From contig NIVC01002327.1 in NCBI GenBank assembly GCA_002269645.1, positions 1 through 64,000 on the forward strand: a DNA stretch of 64,000 bases, read 5' to 3'. The first letter of the stretch is position 1. Every line of letters starts with the position of its first letter. This document shows positions 11,960 through 25,381 of this stretch, one piece after another. The notes under the pieces were generated by a model, which ran no database searches, had not been told where the DNA came from, and saw only the letters and a program-made list of their open reading frames with translations. A program made the translations under genes and the position numbers. Source of the stretch: Macrostomum lignano (lineage: Eukaryota).

Positions 11960-12660
11960 GACATTATTTACGGCCTGGTCGTTATAAAACCAGTGTTACT
12001 GAAGCTGCTCAACACAATCCTGAGGCTTTGATACATACCCAGACAGTGGCCGGTCAGTCGCTTTGGTGACTCCGATCTACAAGACAGGACCAGCAACGAC
12101 CCAAAAAACTACAGACCAATTAGCGTTTTCCCCATCATGGCTCATCTCTTCGCTTCAATCATTTATGCCCCGATGTTTGGATCACATTGATACTCTATTG
12201 TCTCTTGTCAAACACAAAACGAGCAATGAAAGACCTTTCCATCTTGTCTTCTTTGACTTGAAAAGTGCATTTGACATGGTGAATCATTCTGGCTCGTATT
12301 TCATTCAACAGACTTATAGACCTCACTCAATGTTGCATTCAGAGGCGAAAGTCAAAATATCCGATGAAACAGCTTCCATGACACCAACCGAAAAATGGCG
12401 TCAAGACAACCCTGTACATTGATCCCTCAGCAAAACGTTGAAGAATCATTCCACAGCAAAACTTTATCATGAATGTTGAGATAAATAATCTACTATACTG
12501 CGATGACCTAACCATGTTCGGTGAGGACCTAGCGAAGCTAGCGAGGCCTTCACAATGTTCTGATTTCTGTCAGAATCGCAAGCTGCTGAAAAACATCCAG
12601 AAAGAAAAGTTGCCCTTTGTACGAGAATATATATCTTTCTTTCGTTGTACTTATTAGTTA
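11960..12660 (+). mobile_element. Second dead non-LTR RT fragment
   Basis: VTPIYK / NDPKNYRPISVFP (frameshift), LVFFDLKSAFDMVNHS and INNLLYCDDL (YADD-equivalent); multiple stops and frameshifts. Confidence 0.8.
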
Positions 12661-12714
12661 TTAGTTCGCTCTCAAATAATATTATGGTAAAATTAAAAAT
12701 ACTATAATGTACAC

Positions 12715-13279
12715 CAGGGGTTTGCAAACCCTTCATCTCCAGAGCGGGCCAGACGAGGGAAGAGAGGAGATGGAATAGAAAAGAGAGGGGGAGAGGAGAG
12801 AAGAGAGGAGAGAGGAGAGGAGAGAGGAGAGAGGATAGGAAAGAGGAGAAGAGAGGAGAGAGGAGAGAGGAGAGAGGAGAGGAAAGCTGAGAGAGGAGAG
12901 GAGAGAAGAGAGAGAAGAGGAGAGGAGATAGGAGAGAGGATAGGAAAGAGGAGAAGAGAGAAGAGAGAGGAGAGGAGATTAGAGAAGAGAGGAGAGAGAA
13001 GAGGAGAGGAGATAGGAGAGAGGATAGGAAAGATGAGAAGAGAGAGGAGAGAGGAGAGGAGCAGAGAGAAGAGAGGAGAGAGGAGAGGAGATAGGAGAGA
13101 GGATAGGAAAGAGGAGAAGAGAGAGGAGAGAGGAGAGGAGATTAGAGAAGAGAGTTGAGAAGCGACACAAACCTTGAGCAGACCGGATTGCTACTGTGAC
13201 TTTTCAAAGGATCTGAGGGCCGGATAGAAAGGCTTGGCGTGCCGTAGGTGGCCCGCGGGCCGGAGTTTGCCGACATCCG
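12715..13279 (+). mobile_element. hAT/Charlie-like MITE with GA-rich core (copy 2)
   Basis: Left end CAGGGGTTTGCAAAC; right end GGCCCGCGGGCCGGAGTTTGCCGACATCCG. Flanks ATGTACAC / ATGTGCAG are a 6/8 match to an 8-bp TSD. Confidence 0.7.
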
Positions 13280-13926
13280 ATGTGCAGTCTCTGTGCCTTG
13301 GGGTTGGGCCCACAGACCATATAGAATGGTCTGTGGTTCTATATGGTCTGTGGTTGGGCCTCATGGGTGCAGACCACACGACAACCCCCCAGTCAGTTTT
13401 CGGGCACACAAGCCCCAGATGAATGTGGCCGCGCGCACGGAATCAAACCAAGGGGTCGTGGCGCGGGAGTCAGACACTTTGACCGCTGAGCTGCTCTGCC
13501 CCTTACCCAGTAGTATTTATATTGGAAAGTCACTCTTACTACAGAGGATTCAAATTGTACGAGTAATTAGGATTGGCAGTGGTCTGCATTTTGCTAATAG
13601 ATTTGAAAGAGTACATCGTACTATAAGACCTAGCCAGTGTCGTTACCGCTGCACAACAGATCCCAAAACCAAGAGACTGTAACTGTCATCCCTTAGCAAA
13701 CATGTAGCTTTGCTGCAAAAGGAAATTCTGTTAGCATCAAAGTTCACCTCTCTAAGGCCCATCGTGCTCAGTTGTGCGGCAAGGAGGGCAGGACAGTGAG
13801 TTACTCTCTGCCTGCTAGTAGCAAATGCACTTTTCCTCGCCTGTGGAATAATTAAATCTGGCGAATGAACAACCCGTATTTGGTAGGGGAGTGGAAAATT
13901 CTGAATTGAACAACCATGGATTACCT

Positions 13927-14288
13927 AGAGGGGGGCCGTAGCCCAGCGGTAGCGCAGCTGCTCTGGTGTGCCGTGACCCAGGCTCGATTCCAAGTGCAGC
14001 CACATTAATTTGGGGCTGAATTGGAATTTCGGCTTGGCTCGCTTGTGCAATTAACGGCCTTGAGAGCCAACCCCCAAGGCGCAGTGAAGTGTACATGCCT
14101 AACAATTGATAAAGTTAGGGCCGCTGTACACTCCTGTGTGAGTGTGTGCCTGCGTAACGTATCCGCGCGCTTGTATGCCTGCTCAGGGGAGTCGGCGGAA
14201 TGGGCAGTAATGCCTCTCGCCGGTTGTGTGCCAATGACGCTTAAATTGCGCCAGGGTGCACACAACCCCCCTGCCTCTAATAAAAAAA
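13927..14288 (+). mobile_element. tRNA-derived SINE, full length, with 11-bp TSD
   Basis: A box GGCCGTAGCCCAGCGG, B box GGCTCGATTCC, 3' stem GGTTGTGTGC/GCACACAACC and an A-rich tail. TSD ATGGATTACCT at 13916-13926 and 14289-14299. Confidence 0.85.
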
Positions 14289-17154
14289 ATGGATTACCTG
14301 GTAGTTTTCAAACAGGTGCAAACATAAAACTAAAAAGCAAAGTAGCTAGCTTCATTGATAGATTGAGACGATTGCAGTTTCTTTGCCAGGGCCGCCGCAA
14401 TGTGAGAGTGAATGCTTTCTCCACAGACTAAATCAGATTTGGGCTCTGAAGATCTGAGCAGACTCGAACAAGCAGGGAAGAAGTGAAGAAGTTCTTGTTC
14501 TGAGACAAGATCTGATGAGATGCCGAGCACTGTTCAGCTTCATTGGTCTTCCCGTTGCACTCACATCTCCCCCATCTCTCTCTTTTCTTGATCTCTTCTC
14601 TCCGAACTCCTTAGCACATTCTGTCTGGATTCTGTTTGGTATCTCCCCCGACTGCGTCCCCTGGGAGAAATAAGCGGGACCAGTCGGGTCCGATGAGGTT
14701 CTTCTTCCTATAGCCACTGCCTCATGTCATGTCTGGCCGGTTGGCTGCGTGGGCTTTGACCCATCCGGAATCCATGAGAGCAATCTGCCATATAGGCTCC
14801 CTCCCTGGAGTGCTTCTGCGATTGATTCGCTTTAACTTCATAATATTGATTATCGAGCGTTCCCGTTGGTGACTACGTGTATTTAATTCTGCATGGCTAC
14901 ACTTCACATTAGGGGTAAAAATTCTCCCAAGGACAAAGGACAATAATCGGAATTAAAACTTTTGCAAAATTTTTGCAACAAAAATTAAATATTGGCGCGC
15001 ATTGATTGGGGCAGCTTGTCTCGAAGACTAATGATCAAGTTTTTCCGCCTTGAGCACTCGATCCAAGTTCCTGTTGTTGGTAATAGCAATAATTATGCAG
15101 TAACGATGGCCATTGCAGAGATGAAGCTTCCTGTGAAAGCCAACTTCTGTAGCGTGAAGGACACCGAATATATGGATTTGGGCACTGTGCATTGAATTGA
15201 GCCTGGAGTGAGCAGAGTGCAAAAGTATAAAGTGTATGAAATTTGTTTTTTTCGCGGGAATGAAACGCTATTCTTATGGAATGTCAAGTTATCAGGGTTT
15301 ACTTTGTGTAAACAATTGCATGTAAAAATACTGGCTAATGTAAGTAGCGTAACTATTAATTCAACTAAAGACAGCAAGTTTTGGTAGAAGCCTCACATTA
15401 GAATTAACATGCTACCTGCTAAGGCTGCCTAATTGACCAAAAATCACAATGCACCGTTGTACGTACACACGTAGAACCCGATGAAGCAGTTAAGATAGCA
15501 TAGAAGTTTGACAAAGCCTTCGTAGAGTGGATCTGCACTCATGCGTGACCACGTACTCGACCCAGCTAGTAATTTCAGTACATAAAAGCTTAAATTTTTA
15601 TTATGTTGGATCCAGCAGGCTGAGTATATTGTACAATTAAAGCATGGGCAAACAGATTGGCAACGCCGCTACGTGCACGCAACATGGCTACTTGAGTAGT
15701 CCGTGAGTAGAGGGCATAGTAACGAGAAGTCGCGCAAAGGCCTTTACTTTGCGATAGGCAAATGGAGACATGGTCTCCAGAACGGCCTGGAGATGGAGTC
15801 GATGGTGAACACGTATGAAATACATGAAGTGCACCACAATATTCGAATGGAGTCAATTATTGCATTGCCGGTCGAAATCGAAACGCTACAACTAACATTT
15901 AGCATTAAGTTGCATACTAACTTGAAGACATATGTATAATGTAAGTTTTGTAATTTATAAAGCAACTTGCTTAATTAAAAACGTAATTTGCAACTACATG
16001 CTATGGCAACATATATGTGTGCAAGGGCTTTCAAATTAATTCGCTGACGACACGAGTTCGGCGCAAAGAATAACTTATTAGCATTTTATCATAATTTAGT
16101 GGTGATTTATCACCAATACTTTGTAATTCTGCATTGCAGAATGAAATCTGCGACGATAAAGCGTCAGTAACATATGATACATTTGCTGCTTTGCATGCTA
16201 ATTGCTGTAGTACTCGTACATGCACGTACATGTACATGTACATCATGTAGTCAATGCAGCAAGAAGATGCAGCCACAAAAAAATTAGGAGAGCAAGCATG
16301 TACTGATAATGTGAACTCGATTGGAATCATTTTAGATGGAAAAATGGTAGTTAGAAAGACAAAGTAACTATAACAAAATGAAACTAGTTTAAATAAAATA
16401 AATTCTCTAATAACTATTTAAAAACCAAAATTATTGTTTTTAAACAATATTTCTAACTTAAAGAAATGAAAGAAATTTCAAATGTGTTTCGATTTAAAAA
16501 ATTAAAAATAAACCGAGTGGACCGCGCCCGCATAGAAAATTGAAGCCATATTCCTAGTTTAAAATCACTCTATTCTTCCATGTTAGCCAGCCAATCAGGT
16601 AAGTCGGAAGACGTTCCTAGTTTAAGTAGGAAGACGGAAGAATTGTTTAATTTAATGAGCGTCGCGAAAATTTAGGAGTTACGTCCGAATTTATCTACTG
16701 CGGTTAGTAGTGCGCAAAGTTTTTTGCAGTAGTAGTAAATGTGGAATTTCATATTTAGAAACCCTGACGCCAAATCTCAGCCGTTTTTTGCCCGCCGTAG
16801 CAATGCTAGCTCTCACACTATTAAATTTAACAAAAGTATAACTCTTATCACGGATACGAGTCTGTTTAATGACAAAAACTTAGAATTTTTTCTTAATTTT
16901 TATACGGTCTCCAATCTTGATTATTTCTTTATTTAATTTTAACCATAACGCAAGAAAAATGAACAGTGATCAGTTGGAGATGCGCGTGGGAAAGAGCGAA
17001 TGCGTGAATGTATTCACAATATGTCTATAAGTAGAAACTGAAGAAAATAAGAAATAAAAAAGCAGTGTGTTTTGGGAATCGCATTTATATCCAAAAAATT
17101 TTATGTTATAAGTTTTTTTTGTAAATGAATGCAGTTAGCTGACACACTTAGCTT

Positions 17155-18366
17155 CTAGGGGGCGAGCAGCTCGTCGAGTAAATCGCCGCGGACAGCTAGA
17201 GTCTTCGCCATTTCAAGCTGGGCCTCAGTACTGGCGGAGGATTGTCGATCAATAGCGTACACAGGAAATACATTGAAAAATCGGCCTCCAATGAAATTTT
17301 CACCAATTCTGAGTCTTGCGTCCTTCTACTTAGGTAGTCCTTGCATATAGAAGCCGGAGTCGCATGCAAGAGCATCACGACCTGAAATATGATAATAAAC
17401 AGCAAATATAAATGTGCCGTTGAAGTTTAACTTTTATAAATGGCGAACCTTTAGTGCGCTTTTATTATTATACAATTGCAAAACCTAAAACTTCAAATTA
17501 TGATAATCATTTCTTTATATTTGCAAGGAAGTGACAGACATTGTTAATTAAGTTTGAAAAAATCTGGAAAATGCCTTTTTCGTAGAAAGTGATAAGGCTC
17601 CATACCTATTAGTTCGATTAGCTGTAGCAGCTCCTTAGTAACAGGCTTGGTGGCTGCCGTAGCATCGAGCGCAGCAGCATTAGCCTGAATGGCGATGTCG
17701 TCACCGTTTGTTTATTGTTACGGCCGGGAGCTCCTCAACCAGATTACATGTACATGCCGCCTCATCGCCGTCCTGTCCAGTCGCGATGCCATTTTGCTCC
17801 TCCATCAACCTGTCCTGTGGTTCAGCCTCAGGCGTGTTTTCTTGTGTAGCCTGTCCAACCGTCCTACCACCGTGACTCTGGGCGCTGCACAATTCGATCA
17901 ACTTATCGAGCTTTTTGTTTTTCTGCTCCAGTCGCACGGTTGCCGATTGTCGGCGCCCCTAAAAAGTTAGGGAAATTCATAAAACAAAACATAACACAAA
18001 TACTGTACAGCTAATACCACATTTTCTTATCTATAGTTTTGCAAGCTAGCCACCTACTGTAACAAATAAGTGCCAGGCGCTGTCCAGCATATCATTCTCA
18101 CCGTCTCTATTCCCATGATTAGGAGGCAGTTCCTGATCAGCGCAAAGGTAGGCAAAGCAGGGCCCATCAGAGTCCCGGGTTTTAAACTGCTCGAAGAGCG
18201 TCCAGCTACAGCTACATGTACTTTCCTCCCGTAGCATAGACGTAGAGGAGCCTCTTCTTTGCTCGCTGCAGTAATAACGCACAAGTCCTGTTCATTGACG
18301 GCTTGCATCGCATTCTGAGCAAAGCGAACTACAAACCATTTGTTTAATTGATGCTCCATGTGCAAC
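17155..18366 (-). pseudogene. Decayed three-exon gene of unknown product (possibly transposon-derived)
   Basis: Exon-like blocks 18366-18058, 17958-17606 and 17381-17155 are joined by phase-consistent GT-AG introns of 99 and 224 bp. Two frameshifts and one internal TAG. Confidence 0.4.
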
Positions 18367-21300
18367 CTGAAATAACTGCAAGGACAGTGAAAGTAAAATT
18401 AGTCATATTTTTCGATGGTAGGCCTACTGCACTATTTTTGTGAAGCACATTTTTTATTAACTTTTGTGTTTCTTCTACCAACTTTGGCAGTTTTACAACT
18501 TTACAGTTAGTACTTTTTAAACTTTCTACTTATTCCAGACAAATATACCTATATTATTCAAGAATATTTTGCTCTGATGGCTTCTACATGCCCAACAGCT
18601 TATACATTGCTTTTTATCTGACATGATATAGCTAGAAGTCACTAATCACAATTAAAAAATATTTTATGAAAAATAACAAGGACAAAATACTACTAAGGAT
18701 AAAAATCAAATGATGGGAGCTCAAAGTGAAAATGCAAGTGCATGCAAAAAGGTTATTTTTGTGATTTAATGATTTAAAGTTATTTATTGATTTATAATGT
18801 GATTCAATACTGAATTCTAAATGCCTTAAAAGGAATTTTCATTGATAAGCAGGATTTTGAGTGACTATAAGACTGTGAATCATTTTATTTGTTTATTTCA
18901 AATATGTACAAAAATTATCTCTTTAAAATGAAGCTACCTAAAAGCTGAGATAGTTCTTACATTAAAAAAACTACATGTTTTAGCTGCTAAAATTGAGGAT
19001 AAAAGAACAAAAAATTATGCTTCTTTATGGAGATTTCTAACTTTATTTTTTATTAGTACAATGCAATTAATATTTTGCTAAAATATATATTAGTATAATT
19101 GTAAAACATAATTCGTGTTCAATGTGTCTTTTACTGTGAAAGTTTCAAGACAGAATTTAAAAGATATTCTTTAGTAAAATTATATAAAAATATCTATTAT
19201 TTATAAATAGCAAGACACACAAACCAAGGACTAAACAGTAACTAGTAGTATAGTTGCACACCTATCGCTTAGATCTTTAATTATTTTGGTTATTAATACC
19301 CTTTAAATAGTAGAAATGAACAAAAGAAAGCTAATTTCGAGATTGAGGCAAAAACTGAGAATGCACACTTCCATGTTGCTAGCCGTGTCTCAGCCGCGTC
19401 AAAATTTTAAACTCATGCCCCAGATGCGGCTGTAGTAAAATCTTATAGATTATGGTCTGAAAGTTATGTCCCTAAAGATTGCGCGCGATAATTCGATAGT
19501 TCATTTATGTACAAGTGAATGCGCACGCTTGTAAAATAAAAATGTACATCTGAGCAGCGCGCGATAACATTCAAATCTATTACTTCTCATGCTGCGTTTC
19601 ATTTATGTGTGTACAGAAGTTCAGCTTAATATTTTAATTAACTTTAAACTTTGAAATTTATTTACAGTTAGCTAAGTTCAACAGTCATTTTGAAACTTTT
19701 TTGATCCGTACTTTGTTAAAGTGCAATAAATTCAAACGTCAGTTTAACTTGGAAGCGATCTTAACTCTCATTCCTAGATAAACCTTGAATATTCACAGTT
19801 TAACTTGGAATTTAACCAGGAATCGGCTTGAATTTTTTAAGCGGGGCGCGCGTCGGCGTCCATCCATCTATCCACGCATGCAGCAGCACTCTCAGCAGCC
19901 GGACGGGAGTAGTCTCAACAAGAAATAATTTATAAAAAAGGCAAATGGTAATGTTAAAAAGGACCTACCTTTCTTTTTAAGAATGCCCTTCTTAGTTTTT
20001 TTCGCGTTTTGTTTTTCGGTATTAAATTTAAAACTTAAGCGACAGTCAGTGGACAATGGTCAACCCATAGGGCCTACCCATGAATGGCATAGCATGGCAT
20101 GATGCCAACCATTAAAGTAGTAGGCCTAATCATCACTTTTGTTATTTAGGCTACTGAATTATTATTATCTGTTTATGAGCCTGCTATCTTGGCTATATTC
20201 CAACTGTAATTGCAAACATTTTTTCTATTTGCTACCTAAATAGCTAGACCTAAGCCTAAAGATTAAATTTAGGAGTCTAGGCACAGCCCAAGTTACCAAG
20301 TACAAGGTTTGCTTTAAGTTTATAGGCAAGGCCTAATTATACACTAACTGAGTGTGTAGAACTGGGCCTAATTTTTCCTAAGCAGCAAGCAAGAAGGTCT
20401 AGGCCTTACCTTAGGCCTAGTCCAAGAGTAGAAAGGTGCTTAGGCCCCAAAAGATGCTTAGATGCCTACATTTTTTTACTAGAAAGTTGCAAAGGTTTTT
20501 TCACTAACAACTAGGCCTAACAATTAGCAAAAGCAGTGACTATTCATCTAGTATTAGGCCTAGATAAATAATGTTACTTTATTCATCTCTGGTACTGGGC
20601 TATAGTCAGGAAGGTGGCCTCTGAGGGGGAAAATTCCCGCGCACACAAAGGGTCTTGGTGCACATTGGCGCACAAGCGTGGCATACACAAGGGGTCCTTG
20701 GCGCACTTGGCGCACAATCATGGTGCACACTGAAGTCCCTAGTATATACGGCGCATAATTGCGGCGCATAAGGTCCCTGACATGCTTTTATTAAAAAATT
20801 AAGTAAAATTAACAATTTTACGTAAAATAAAGGAGATTTGTATAGTCTAGAAAGTCAGTGATAAACTTTTTGCTTCTTTAAAATTATTAGTAAATAAAAT
20901 TTGTATAAATTATTGCTAAAAACGTCAATTTTGCATTACTCTATTTGTAAGTATAATTTAAGTTTGTTTAAAATAAAAATATGCGTAACATTTTAAAAAG
21001 GCTTTTTGTACGAAGGCCTTTCTTAGAAAACTCTACTCTTGAAGAGTGGCGCATAGACGGCGCACAGACAGCGCATAAATGGTGCATAGACGGCACACAA
21101 ATTGTCCCAAAAAATTATTCTGGCGCACACTGTGCCACCTTCTTGACTATGGGTACTGGGTAAATAAATTCATTACATTATTATTTATCCAATAATACTA
21201 GGCCTAAGTAGATAATAATATTAATATTTGCATTAGGTCTATTTTCTTAAAAGTTGAATTATATACATTAGTGATAGGCCTAGACCAAATATAGATTTTT

Positions 21301-21969
21301 GCAAGTTTCCAAATCCAAATATCCAAATGTAGACAAAAGTAAAAGTTAATGATGGGAGTAACTATGACACCTTTCAATGACAAAAATGGTTTGTCATCTA
21401 ATTAGTAATCATATTAGTGCTGTACATTAATTTATTGTCAATATTGATAAAATTTTACCTTAAAAATATATGAATTTTTGTAAAAAACTTTTAGGGTTTT
21501 CTCTTCTTTAATTTTGTTTTGGTTTTTTGATTTTTTTTCATATTCAGAAGCGCATTTAGAAAATAAAACTTCCAAATCTGAATCATTCAAGTTTTAAAAA
21601 AAGCAAGACTTTTTGGATTCAGATTCCAAATCCAAATATTTGGATCCATCACGAATATGCATTAATAAGTTAAATAATTGAGAATGGCTTTGGCCAAAGT
21701 CATCATATTTAAGATCATCATACTGGGTTATGAGGAAAATGACTAAATTATCTCAATTGTCAATTTCTTAGTTTTAAACAATGCTATATTCACTAAATTG
21801 TCATATTGTATTACATTGGCTATGTAAGCCTGCAAGGATCTTTAACTCATAATGGCAACTATCTGTTTAGAATTCTAGGATTATTCTAAGAAAAGGTATT
21901 ATAGTGGTTTAATTATTCTATAATTAAAAGCAATACATTTCTTTTAACTTTAGTTAAAATATTTTCTGG

Positions 21970-23279
21970 GGTATCTAGTCAATCTAGCAACAAGACAATC
22001 TGGCAACAGACAATCTGGCAATAGTCAAAATGGCAACCAAGTATAGTAAAAAGCTAAATAGGCTACTTGGCATTTAAATAGATAAGAGAGCTTTGATTAG
22101 GCCTATTATATTTATTGTAATTGTTAGTATTTTAATTATTATTATTGTATTATTATTATTAACATTATTATTTACTTTTAATGAGATATATGCAAAAATA
22201 TAGTTCCAAGAATTGGAATTTAATGGGTTCAAAATCCATAGATTTGAACAGCTTGTTTTTTATAATGATAATAATTGCTTTAAGAAATGGGAAACTGCAT
22301 TAAATTAATATGCTCTTTAATTTTACTATAGGCCATATACTCTAGTTATATTTTTAGATATATTACAGTAAAACATTTGATGTGACTATATATGCCCAAC
22401 CTCAAAATTTTACCTATCCAGTGTGACTTAGTTTTGTCTAGATTTGCGACTTAATTTCTTCCAATTGCAACTTAGTTTGTCCTGATTGCAACTTAGTTCC
22501 TTTGGATTGCGACTTAGTTCCCACGATTGCAACTTAATTTTCATTTTGTATAATACTTTTCTTGCCATTTTCTCTTTTCTTTTCTTTCTCTTTCTCTTTC
22601 TTCTTTCCCTCCTCTCTCTCTTTGCCTTCCTTTCTTTTCCTTTTTTCTTCCTCTCCTTTCTTTTTTCTCCCAATGTTTTGGTTTTTGCATTTTCAATTTT
22701 GTGACTTACCTTAGCCAGCGGCCATTTCACCCATTTAGTTCAGACAGGTATTGGGCATGTTTGGATGTGACACTATAAATAATGTTAAAAGTACAGCTAT
22801 AATGTACAAATTTTATTAGAAAATATTATTCTAAAATGAATTCTCTATATATTAAGTTAAAAACTATATGTAAGGCATACATGCGCAACTTCTAAAATTC
22901 AGTTGGCCCTGCAACTTGGTTTTAACAAAAAATGCGACAGTTTTTGGCCAAAAATGCAACTTACATGTAAAAGAAACCCTAAAGCAAAATTAACACATTT
23001 TTAAATAAATGGCAGGAGTAACTATGACTGTCTTATTAAGGCAAAATGCCTTATTATCTACTTAGTACTACTTGGGTATTTATTTGGGTGGGCATTTTTG
23101 CAACTTACCTTGGTTGGCCACCAAATTGGTCAGCCAAATTGGCCAACTGTTGCGCATGTATGATGTAAAGTTGTGTTAGTATCTAAAATCCATAAAATCT
23201 ACAATATAAAATTTGTTGCTGGATGGTCTGTCATTGCTTTGACTATTGTCAAATTGTGTCGCCAGATTGACTAGAAGCC
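21970..23279. mobile_element. 1.3-kb non-autonomous DNA element with 19-bp imperfect TIRs
   Basis: GGTATCTAGTCAATCTAGC (21970-21988) versus GCCAGATTGACTAGAAGCC (23261-23279), 3 mismatches. Subterminal ACAATCTGGCAA repeats; no clear TSD. Confidence 0.45.
22876..23162. mobile_element. hAT-type MITE with TIR CATACATGCGCAAC
   Basis: Perfect 14-bp TIRs; flanks ATGTAAGG / ATGTAAAG (7/8 8-bp TSD). Confidence 0.7.
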
Positions 23280-25209
23280 TTTATTAGTAGCTATTATAAT
23301 AGTATGCATAAATTTATTCCAAGGTTCTCAAGATATGTTGTTTGTTTAATTGGATTCTATTTCTAAGAAAGTTGACTCAATTATTTACCATATTATAAAT
23401 TGACTTCTTATAAGGTATTATAGCATCCATAGTTATATAATAAAAGTGTATTTGAATAAGCATATTATTTATAACAAAATACACTTAAAATTCTAATACA
23501 ATTAGTAAGTAAATTGTTTTATAGTATAAAGTCCTAAAATACATACCTTTAGTAGCAAACATTCAAATATAGTGCAAATACAAATATAAACATTTTTATT
23601 ACATTATATAAATATGCCATTTAGGCCCTTGCTTTTTAGTCACGAGTTTTTATATATAAATGTTAAGGTTTTATGAATATGATCAAGTTATTATAATATG
23701 ACAATTTTGACTATTATCTAGAAAACATAGCATGTATGATTTCTACTTAAATTTCATTGTATATAGTTAGAATTTTGTGTTAATAGAATATTTATAACTT
23801 ATAATAACCTAAGAACTTCTCTATTTCTAATGAATATTAGAATCATTTTAAAATATAATTAAAATGCTATTCATTTTCATTTCAGCTTTAATTTAGTTTT
23901 TAAAATTTTTTTTATAAAAATTCAGTTAGACCTATACTAAAGGATAGAATCTTTGCATGACAATTCTAGAAAAGAAAAGTTGTGCAATTTTTTTGTGCAG
24001 GTTTTTCTTTACTTTAAAACATGCAACTTTTATAATATTTAAATTTATGAACAACTTTTTGTAGGCTTTTTTACATTTAGTTGTTCTAGAAAGCTTGAAG
24101 CAATTTTTCAATTCTTTCATTACTCCTAATATAATAATCTAAGGTTTTGTTCTCAAGTATATTATCTTGATTTATGTATAGCTAATGCAATATGCAGCAT
24201 TTTCCAATGAAATAATGTTGCATTTCTCAGTATACAAATAGACTCTAACCATAAAAGACAAATTAAAATTGATGACACTAACAATCTATATTATATTTAT
24301 AGGAAGCATAATGTATTAGTTTTTTTGTGCCATTTTTAATGTATAGCAGTGCTTTTTTATGAATAATTATATGAAAAAAGATGAGTAAAATATAAAAAAG
24401 AAAATATGGCTTAAATAAGACATTGCAATTGCAATTATTAAAACATTCAAAATGTATAAAAGTTATATTTTTATAAAATAACCTGTAAATTGCAATTAGG
24501 CTGAGCTAGCAAAATTTCAAGAGGTTAATATATAAAAATCCTATATTTTTTGCCTATAATTTAAAATATAAATTATATTAATATTATTCTTATCTTTAAC
24601 ATGGTTAATATAAAAACCTATGTATTTCCTTAATCAAATAAGTTTAAAACTATAATTGATGCATTTATATCTAGGTGCTCTTATGTTAGGTGCTATAAAG
24701 CTATACACAAGGTTGGCAGCACTTTTCTTTTATATACTGAATAGCTAGTACTGATCAATAAACAGAAAAGTTTGTCTAGAATGTTAAAAAAATTCTAAAT
24801 ACTTTGAAAAGTTCATTGAAGTAAAACTTGATCTTCTTTAACAAAAAAGACATTTACAGTTTATGGATCCACTTTAATAAGCAGAATTATTGATTTGTCA
24901 GCTTCAATAGTGATGACAGAGAAGGTCAATTGGTGTTTACTACTAGGCATCCTATCTTAGTCACAATGCTTAAAGTTGTCATTTCTAATGGTATGGTTAT
25001 GCTATCTATATCATTTACCAAGGGTTATCACCCTTTATATATAGTTGAGTACAATGCCACTTTGGAGGAATATGTGTTGCTATGGGTAACTAAAATCATA
25101 GTGGGTAAGCTATATGCTTTTTAGCAGGATGGTGCATTTGCTGATGGGTCTATGAAATTTGCTTGCCAAACTTCGCTTGCAGAACTCTGCTTGCCGAATT
25201 TTGCTTGCT

Positions 25210-25381
25210 CATGCTTGGGCGCAACCTTGGGATTCACCCGGCCGTTTCTATTGGCAACACACGCATGTAAGTCGCTATTGGCTGAGAGCAGTCACGTGAC
25301 TACTGTTCTGTCCAATAGCGACTTACATGCGTGTGTTGCCAATAGAAACGGCCGGGTGAATCCCAAAGTTGCGCATGTATG
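25210..25381. mobile_element. Palindromic hAT-type MITE of the same TIR family
   Basis: 63-bp inverted arms (25219-25281 and 25312-25374, 1 mismatch) around AGTCACGTGACT. Right end GTTGCGCATGTATG; perfect 8-bp TSD TGCTTGCT (25202-25209, 25382-25389). Confidence 0.8.

Noticed and set aside
13930-14005. tRNA-like A and B boxes
   Set aside because: No complete cloverleaf or acceptor stem; it continues into a SINE body with tail and TSD, so it is not a tRNA gene.
14195-14280. GCCTCTCGCCGG in the SINE resembles the P3/L3 of HDV-like ribozymes
   Set aside because: No upstream P1 partner or P1.1 GG. The following strand pairs downstream (GGTTGTGTGC/GCACACAACC) as a simple hairpin.
14330-15940. Several 60-95-aa ORFs in moderately GC-rich patches
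   Set aside because: No recognisable motifs or consistent splice pattern; possibly very old TE debris.
22428-22730. Lys/Arg-rich and Phe/Leu-rich ORFs
   Set aside because: Translation of a pyrimidine-rich low-complexity tract; the same holds for 1000-1317 and 12979-13170.
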